Positions 58,090-64,000 of a stretch of DNA of 64,000 nt are shown one piece after another. The translations under genes and the position numbers were made by a program. The notes beneath the pieces are model-generated. The model was not told the origin of the DNA and did no database searches. It saw only the letters and a list, made by a program, of their open reading frames with translations. Every line of letters starts with the position of its first letter. The first letter of the stretch is position 1. The DNA lies in NCBI GenBank assembly GCA_000708835.1, contig DF236992.1, positions 80,513 to 144,512 on the forward strand, given 5' to 3'. This DNA is from Klebsormidium nitens. Taxonomy: Eukaryota; Plantae; Klebsormidiophyceae.

Positions 58090-58815
58090 CCAAGGGGCCA
58101 CCCCAGGGAGATTGCATGCGGAAGGCGCGAAGAAACTTCCCAAACGAGCCATTGAGACCTGATGATTTGAGAAGCTCAAATCCTCTTGGCCGCAGCATTG
58201 AGCGTGTCTGAATGCCGTGTTACATCGGAGCTGCCTGAACAGCATTGGCATGGCACTGCAAGTCGCAAGCATCACGGGGCCGCCCCTCGCATTCTGAGTG
58301 CTGCCTACTCAAGACATCATGTTGGCCTGTGGTGCCCTTGTGGTGCATTTGAGCAGAGTAGACTTCGGTACTGGCACCAGTGGTCCGCATCCCTGGACCC
58401 TGGTGACGGCTTCTCCACAATGCGATCAGAATCTGAAGGGTTTGCAAGATCGACAACTGTGCGGAGTTTCGCTTCGAAATCAGTTCAATTCTCCAGGTCG
58501 TATATATGTGGGACATGTGCGCACAATGGGTTTCTTGCGTTCTGAGGGGGACTGAGCCTCGATCGCCGGGGCCCCGGACGAAGGTCCGGCCGGGATTAGA
58601 CCTTCCCCCCTTCACTCGACTCAAGACATACTTCTCCCCCCTTATCAATTTCATATCTGCAAATACATATCCAGATTTACGGGCGTACAATCTACTTTTG
58701 CTCCTTGTGGCAAGCTGAAGAGCCTTCTGCTCCTGCTCCTGAGCGGCACTGCTGAAGACAAACCTTCAAGCTCTAAAGCTGTATGAAAGCTGAAAAATAG
58801 CTTGTTCTGGCGCTC

Positions 58816-61800
58816 ATGATGGCGGCTGCCAACACGAGCACTTTCACGGGCTGCCAAGGGAGCTTCACCAGCACTGCTTTAAGAGCAACAAAGCAGGGAA
58901 CCGGCAATTGCATTCGATGGAAAGGCGACACTTGCCTTTGGACTCCACTCGGAGAGGCAGCATTGCAACAATTGGGGAGAAAGAGACAAGGTATTGTGCA
59001 CTCATCATGTAATTCACTTTGATTGAACACTTTCGACTTGTTGGTGGAGGAACTTAAAGAGGACTGCAACCTGCAGTGACATATGTTGTCCGCGTGTCAC
59101 CTTACCTTCAAGACATACTCAAGGTCCTTGAGGCAAGGTGGATGCTGCTTGTTTAAGGTGATGAGCATTGTCATAGGTTGGAAGTGGTGGTAGTCTTCAT
59201 CGGAAGTCAATTACGGCCTGGTACATGTATTGCCTGTGGCGCCTGACAACCATGAGTCCGCATGTCAGAAACTGATGGTTGTCAATGGTTGACCTTCTCC
59301 GTTTCAATCTTGTAAGGTTTTTACACTGATAATAAAGCAATCTGCTAGCCAGAGACCCTGAAGCGCAAGAAGACTCGGTGCTATCAAAAACACGTCCAGC
59401 GGTCTCCTCTGTACAAGCGGTGTATAGAGAGTTGTTTAACAATATCTGCCCCTATTGCAGGCGCCAGGATTGTTACTTCCTCTCCTCAGACCTGTCTACA
59501 ATGCACGCTTGGAGTGAAGAACTCAATTGAAGCACAGGCTCTGTCACCAGGCTTAAGGACCACCAGGCGACGAGCGCTTATCGCAGAGTCTCTAGTAGGC
59601 CGCGAGGCCCTATCGAGGCCCCATCAACCGTCAGCAGAAGGAGCGGCATCGCAGTGTGAGACGCTGACATCACAGGGCACCGAGCTGACCTCACAACATG
59701 ATGCGCTCCCCTCAGAACGCTCTCGGAGAAGTCTCCTCCTATTTGCTGCTGGGGCGCTCCTAAGCACACAGTTGATACCCCCTGTATTAGCTGAGGAGAG
59801 CATAGCATCACCTGCTCTGACCAGTCAGACAGTGTCAACGGAAACCAGCGCGGAAAGTGGAAGTATCCGGAAAAAGTTAGAAGAAGCTAGGAAGGAAAGC
59901 AGCGCGGCAGCCTCAGAACCGGGGGCCGTGAGGAAGAAACTAGATGCGGCGAGGAAGGAGGAAGCTAGTAAAGACGCGGTGAAGGTGGAGGTTTACAAGG
60001 ACGAAAGGCGGCCGGTGGCCAAGGATGAGGTGCTGGACGACTACGAGAAGAAGCTGCTGACATACAACAGGAAGATCCAGAAGCTGAACAACGCTCCGAG
60101 GGACTTCCCAGGGTTCATCCGAGAAGGTTGGTTTCTCTTTGTCTGCCTGCTTTTGGTGACGTTGTTCGTGATACTCTGGCCAAACGACATGCGTTTTTGG
60201 GAACGCCACTTCAAATCCAATGGGACCACAGTGAGCGGGACTGGCAGAGTGAGAAGGAGCAAGGACCATTAAGATCCGGCAGCCTGCATCCCGGAAACAC
60301 TTTTGCGGAAGTTCGAACCTATGTGGAGCGAGAAATGCCCCGTGAGAATCAGACTGGTCTTATCAGGCCACCTCATCAGGCACTTACGTGTTCACCTTGT
60401 TTTTCCGCCGTTCCTAAAGCAATCTGATGTCAGTCCCCTATCTGCAATCTTAGATGCGAGATGAACTGGCCCTTTTCTCTGGTCTTCATTATTCAACGGA
60501 TTTAAGGCGATCCTTGCTGCTGGTCCAGACCGGAATATAGCTGCTAAGCGTCGCATCCAAAGGGTTTATATTCGTAAGAACGCGCACTGGCTGATAAATC
60601 AGCAAGGTACTGAACTCTTTGCCCCCCGCAGGCTACGATGTTCGGGTGGTGACGTCATCAGAGTACAAGACTTCGGGCAGCGGGCTGCTGTACCGTGACT
60701 ACGAGGAGGGCTCAGGGCCGCAGCCGGAGGAGGGTCAGCAGGTCAGCGGAAGTTGGAAGTTCGTTGTTCCCTGGTTTCAGAACTGCCATAATCGGTGCTG
60801 TTGCTGGCACTTTGAAAGAAGATCTCGCTTTTCCCAAACTCTGAGAGAGTTTCTAGATTCACAAACGACATGAAAGATTACTTGAAGGCCTCGAGATTAA
60901 GGTTACTCTGCAGACGAGGGTTAATTGTGGGCGCATGTCCGCTTTTTCGCCGACTGCTCTTGAGTTAAAAGCGCTCGTCATATCTTCGGAGTGCCTGATG
61001 ATTTTAAGCAAGGACAGTATCTTTTTTGTCTTCGGAGTAGCTGAAAATGTCAGAGAGTCTCATTGCCCCGTTCAGGGACTCCTTTCCTGATCTGCTGACA
61101 ACCTGAGCCCCCATTACAACTCTCGTCTAACGACGTCATCAATTCGGTCATCTCATGTTCCTGACGTGCTCAAGCCCCCGTTTGCTGTCTAGGTCATATT
61201 CCACTATACAGGCTACAACGAATCCGGGAAGCGGGTGGACAGCAGCTACCAGCAGAATCGGCCTTCCGAAACCAGGATCGGGATCAACGGAATGATTCCC
61301 GGATTCGAGGAAGGGGTCAAGACGATGCGAGTGGGGGGCAAGCGAAGAGTGATCGTGCCCCCAGACCTCGGACCCCCGGTAAGTAAGAAGTGCTTGTTCC
61401 TCTGTGGCGTTCCTCCATGATGCGGGCATCCATGTCGATCTGGATCACAAAGAATACTGAAATGCGGGGATCTTACACCCGCTGAAAAGTTCGTCTCGTT
61501 TCAATGGTGATATCCGGACTCGTCTTGACGCCACAACAAGCTCGTGTTACGGCTTCTCTTCCCGCATCTTGCCAAGCTGTCTCCTCAGAGCCGCCGAGCA
61601 AACGTGCCTGTAGGTTGCCGTCGGTTCAGTTTTGACCTCAATCCTGATTCGAATATAGTGATTGAAACTCCTGCGCTTTGCTCTCCAGACGGGACCCAGC
61701 ACGTTCTTCAGCGCCAAGCAGTTTGAAGTGTTCGACATTGAGTTGCTTGGAATCAAGAACTGTAAACGCAGGCAAATAGGCTTCTATTCGGATCTCGTTT

Positions 61801-61841
61801 GCGATGACGTTGTCGCCGAGATCCCGGCTGAGTTGAAATGA
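58816..61841 (+). CDS. FKBP20-2: Thylakoid-lumen FKBP-type peptidyl-prolyl isomerase FKBP20-2
   Basis: Exons 58816-58990 (tentative), 59461-60126, 60632-60741, 61193-61378, 61689-61841. Motifs: NNAPRDFPGFIREG, SGLLYRDY, QQVIFHYTGYNESGKRVDSSY, GFEEGVKTMRVGGKRRVIVPPDLGPP, GPSTFFSAKQFEVFDIELL, CKRRQIGFYSDLVC. Twin-Arg lumenal signal SRRSLL...VLA. Confidence 0.95.
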
Positions 61842-63303
61842 TGAGCGGTTTAGCCCGCCCGCTCTGAGGACACGAAGCTACGAACATTTTGCGAAAGCAG
61901 CTGCTTCGAATGATCCAAGTCGATCACTTGCGAGCGCTTGTGTGATAGGCACTGCTAAGCTTCCGTGAAAGCAAGGCACTGCTAATGCGGTAACCCTGGT
62001 TGTGGAGGTAAACCTAAGTCGAGCAGATTGAAGTGAATGGTCCTATTATTAGCTTGTGGACCATACAGCTATTGAGCGGGTAGATCATTGTCCAAGAACA
62101 CGCGAAGTCCAGAACATGCGTGTCATGATCGTCTTGCAAGATTGCTGCAACGTTGCTATATATGCATTCAGAAACATTCGGCACATTTGTCCAATTATCT
62201 GGCTCGCATCTACGTGCGATCAGAGTCATGCATGCTGGCCGCAGTATGAGCTCCGGTTTGGCACACATGCACTGATTGAATCAACGACGATGCCCCAGTC
62301 TTTCTAGTAGTCCGCTGGCGCGCAGCTCATGTACATGACTATGAGACCGTATCATATAGCTAGATTTTGGTGTGCCAGGTTGATAATTTGGGTCAGATGT
62401 ATCGCTTTTTACATCAGTGTCAAACAAGTACTTAGCCGCTGAGCGCAGTGTTTGCGTCTGGTATCATGCGCCAGCAGTGCAACTCAAGCGCTTTTATACA
62501 TAGATGCACGATACTGAGCCGGCCACGCGCGAACGAAATGCTATTATCGTTTACTACTTGGTCGTGATGGAAGGTACGGTTGGACAGCTCGCGAAGCGCG
62601 GGGTCATCCAACCGTACGTCTTGCACGACATTGACTCAGTGATTGACGCAGGAGAACATGGCGCGTACATCATCGCTGACTGACGGTCACTCAATTGCCA
62701 GAGAATGGCTGATTATATAGTTGTCATCATGTCGAACGTACAAGTGAATGACATTGTAAGTAGGCATAAGACAGTAGATGCATCAATGAAGCTGCCACTC
62801 ACGTTCATCAGACACGTCCATCACTGACCTGAGCGACCATGGAGAGTCAATCGTAGCTGATGCAAATACGTGCAGATTGAAGGAGGTAATCTCCTAAACC
62901 CTTGCATTCTATCAATGAATGTGCGTCTATACTACGAGGCGCCTTACATTCTTGCTGTCCGTTCTTCTCGAATCCAACTTTTGTTGAACCCTCCTTTCGG
63001 TTGCCTACAAATGATCCTACGCGTGCAGCATGCTTACGATTGTCGTTCTGCGTACTTAGTCCGAGACTCCAATGGTGAGTCCAGAAGGCAGAAAAGAAGT
63101 AATGAAAAGACACGACTCGTTTCCGTTTTGACTTGGCGAACCGGAGCAGACTCTCCAGATCTATAGTACAGACTTACACCCAATCTAAAGCTAGCCCTCC
63201 TGACCGATGTGCCTATCTCTTGTGCACGCCTCGCTTTCTAAACCCTTCTTAACATGGGTCGAGGGAAGCGTTCCGTTTTTCAAACCCCTCCTTCTCGATC
63301 GGC

Positions 63304-64000
63304 TCATATTCTTTGCTTCTCGAGATCGCGCAGGATCGTTCTGGGACTCCAGAATGCAAACTCTTCCGCAAAGACGCTCTCGGTTGGGGAAGCGGTGCCC
63401 GGTTGCCATTTCCGCGGCCGCGGCGAGTTGAACGTCATACTGACAGAAGCACTCGGTAAGAACAGCGCGGGCGGCTCGAATGTCGTTCGGTTTGCAGAAG
63501 GTCTGGGGGAGGTTGGCGAGCTCGCCTCTCGAAGGACAGCTGGAATCAGAAACTCTCTCTTTCTGACCGTTGGAGATTGGCAATCTGACCTTTTCGCGGG
63601 GGCTCTGGGAGGACTTGGCGAGATTGGCTGTCGAGAGAAAGCTGGGGTCTGGAATCCACTATTTTCGACCGCGGGAGACTCCAGGGAGCGTCGTGAGACG
63701 GTATCGATGTGAGAAAACGGAGATATCTCAGACGGCCTTGGGTACGTCAGCGTCCTCCTGTGAAGTTTCTCTTCCCCCGTCGGTTCGGCAGGCACTTCTC
63801 TGAGCGAGAGGTCTCCCGGGGTGATCTTCCGGTCAGAATCCCAGGAGCAAGTTTCTCTTGGCTTTACTGTCGAGTCGTGGCTGCAAGGGCGGCGGGCTAG
63901 CACTGGGGACGAGGGCTGAATCAGAGGAACGGTGGCCCTCCGTCGAGTCAGAGGAGACCTTTCGACCTTGCTGCGAGGGGCAGGCGGGCAGGGCAGGCCG
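63304..64000 (-). CDS. 3' part of a Ser/Pro/Arg-rich protein (partial, continues beyond the window)
   Basis: Frame appears open from the window end to the stop at 63304 (>200 codons, ...FAEEFAFWSPRTILRDLEKQRI*). Low complexity, no family recognised. Confidence 0.55.
   Translation of the reverse strand, partial: GLPCPPAPRSKVERSPLTRRRATVPLIQPSSPVLARRPCSHDSTVKPRETCSWDSDRKITPGDLSLREVPAEPTGEEKLHRRTLTYPRPSEISPFSHIDTVSRRSLESPAVENSGFQTPAFSRQPISPSPPRAPAKRSDCQSPTVRKREFLIPAVLREASSPTSPRPSANRTTFEPPALFLPSASVSMTFNSPRPRKWQPGTASPTESVFAEEFAFWSPRTILRDLEKQRI

Noticed and set aside
58158-58185. CTGATGA followed by a hairpin (hammerhead-like)
   Set aside because: It lacks the GAAA core and stems I/III; it is only an 8-bp hairpin.

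Overview
Compact, intron-rich eukaryotic nuclear DNA with GT-AG introns, GC3-rich exons, plastid-targeted proteins and a flagellar gene. This fits a streptophyte green alga such as Klebsormidium (inference). I assembled ten spliced or intronless genes plus one partial gene by hand from splice sites and reading frames. In order: R2R3-MYB (+), bifunctional DHFR-TS (-), codanin-1-like (+), RRM-less RS-rich protein (-), proteasome RPT1 (+), an orphan intronless ORF (-), CCDC153/DRC12-like (+), CrtH/CRTISO-like oxidoreductase (-), LamG+Sel1-repeat membrane protein (SEL1L3-like architecture, -), thylakoid FKBP20-2 (+), and the 3' end of an S/P-rich gene (-). I recognised no rRNA, tRNA or CRISPR array. 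The most notable non-genic signal is a small intronic element family. One complete 199-bp MITE has long TIRs and a 9-bp TSD, and its telomere-like G-rich core recurs in two other introns, once between unrelated inverted repeats. Other highlights are a DHFR-TS/codanin-1 head-to-head promoter with an E2F-type site, a codanin-1 that appears to lack the animal C-terminus, and several splice-site-proximal intronic duplications. All family calls come from recalled motifs, not database searches.
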